NCBI GenBank assembly: GCA_046597055.1
Contig: JBKJLC010000013.1
Location: 14,117-78,116, forward strand
DNA: 64,000 nucleotides
Origin: Kofleriaceae bacterium
GTDB taxonomy: Bacteria > Myxococcota_A > Polyangia > Haliangiales > Haliangiaceae
Reading direction: 5' to 3'
A program made the translations under genes and the position numbers. Positions 63,283 through 64,000 of the stretch are shown piece by piece; within the stretch, counting starts at the first letter, position 1; every line of letters begins with the position of its first letter. Below the pieces are notes generated by a model. The model had not been told where the DNA came from. It saw only the letters and a program-made list of their open reading frames with translations, and made no database searches.

Positions 63283-63705
63283 TCATCGACATGGCCACTC
63301 AACCAACGTCTCGGCCGAGCCGCCGAGCGCCACCACCGCGACCTTGTAGGGGACGTCGCACAGCAACGGCTCGCCGCCGGCGGTGCCGCCGTGCTCGTGG
63401 GTTCCGTCCTTGGTGTCGCCGGGCAGCAGGCCGTACAGCACCGGTGACTCGAACCCGCCCGGGAAGCTGGTCGCCTCGACCACCCAGTACGGGTGGCCGT
63501 TCACGACGTCGTCGGGCCCGCCCGGCAGCACCGCGTCGGGTTCGACGAAGTACAGCCCCATCGCGTTCGACTCCTGCCAGCGCACCACCACGCCGCTGCC
63601 CGGCTCGCCCTCGATCTCGATCGCCTCGGGCGTCCCGCACGCACCGCAGCCACCGCTGGCGGCGCACGCCAGGCTCGCGATCCACTCGAACCATCGCTGT
63701 CCCAT
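63283..63705 (-). CDS. Hypothetical secreted protein/lipoprotein
   Basis: GGGAGG RBS; Cys-containing N-terminus; lies between operon genes. Confidence 0.65.
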   Translation of the reverse strand: MGQRWFEWIASLACAASGGCGACGTPEAIEIEGEPGSGVVVRWQESNAMGLYFVEPDAVLPGGPDDVVNGHPYWVVEATSFPGGFESPVLYGLLPGDTKDGTHEHGGTAGGEPLLCDVPYKVAVVALGGSAETLVEWPCR

Positions 63706-63730
63706 ACGTCCTCCCTTCACCCGCGCGCCG

Positions 63731-64000
63731 CTAGTAGCGCATCGAGATCCGCACCGACATCAGGGCGCGGGCGAGCTGGAACTTGGCCTTGCCGTACTCC
63801 GGCTTGCCGCTGCGAATCCAGTTGTTCGAAACCCCGCCACCCTCCTCGGGCGACGGGTATGGCACGTAGGACATGTCGAGCTTGCCGTTGAGGTTGCGGT
63901 CGTGGACGACCGCGACCGCGTACTCGTCGTGCGGCAGGTCCTTGAACGTCGTCGAGACCTTGCCGTTCTTGATCGCCACCTTGGCGACCCGGAACGCGCC
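63731..64000 (-). CDS. DUF2141 family protein (5' end outside the window)
   Basis: FKDLP...YAVAVVHD.N.NGKLD......P.EG.G.SNN...P....AKF. Confidence 0.85.
   Translation of the reverse strand, partial: GAFRVAKVAIKNGKVSTTFKDLPHDEYAVAVVHDRNLNGKLDMSYVPYPSPEEGGGVSNNWIRSGKPEYGKAKFQLARALMSVRISMRY

Overview
This window is very GC-rich bacterial DNA that looks myxobacterial: it has a MYXO-CTERM-type sorting tail, several Hanks kinases, PEGA/TPR proteins and an FHA-sigma54 activator. I can support about 60 genes. I saw no rRNA, tRNA, CRISPR array, transposase or integrase. All family assignments come from recognising motifs by eye; no searches were run. The left part (1-43.7 kb) holds stress, transport, surface and signalling genes, imuA-imuB behind a LexA-like box, two protease gene remnants, REP-like palindromes, and an ECF sigma/anti-sigma pair whose predicted promoter (TGCATCC-N16-CGAAC) occurs three times. 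The right part (43.8-64 kb) is a tightly coupled minus-strand operon of at least 20 genes. It encodes a Rieske oxygenase, two red chlorophyll catabolite reductase (RCCR)/bilin-reductase-like proteins, five calycin-like GxW beta-barrel proteins, two alpha/beta-hydrolase-fold proteins with His at the nucleophile position, a lipoprotein globin lacking the canonical proximal His, flavin enzymes, two aldehyde dehydrogenases, a CoA transferase, an SDR and an MFS transporter. This operon is the best candidate for an undescribed system: a tetrapyrrole (chlorophyll catabolite, haem or bilin) degradation pathway in a probably non-photosynthetic bacterium. That function is inferred, not shown.
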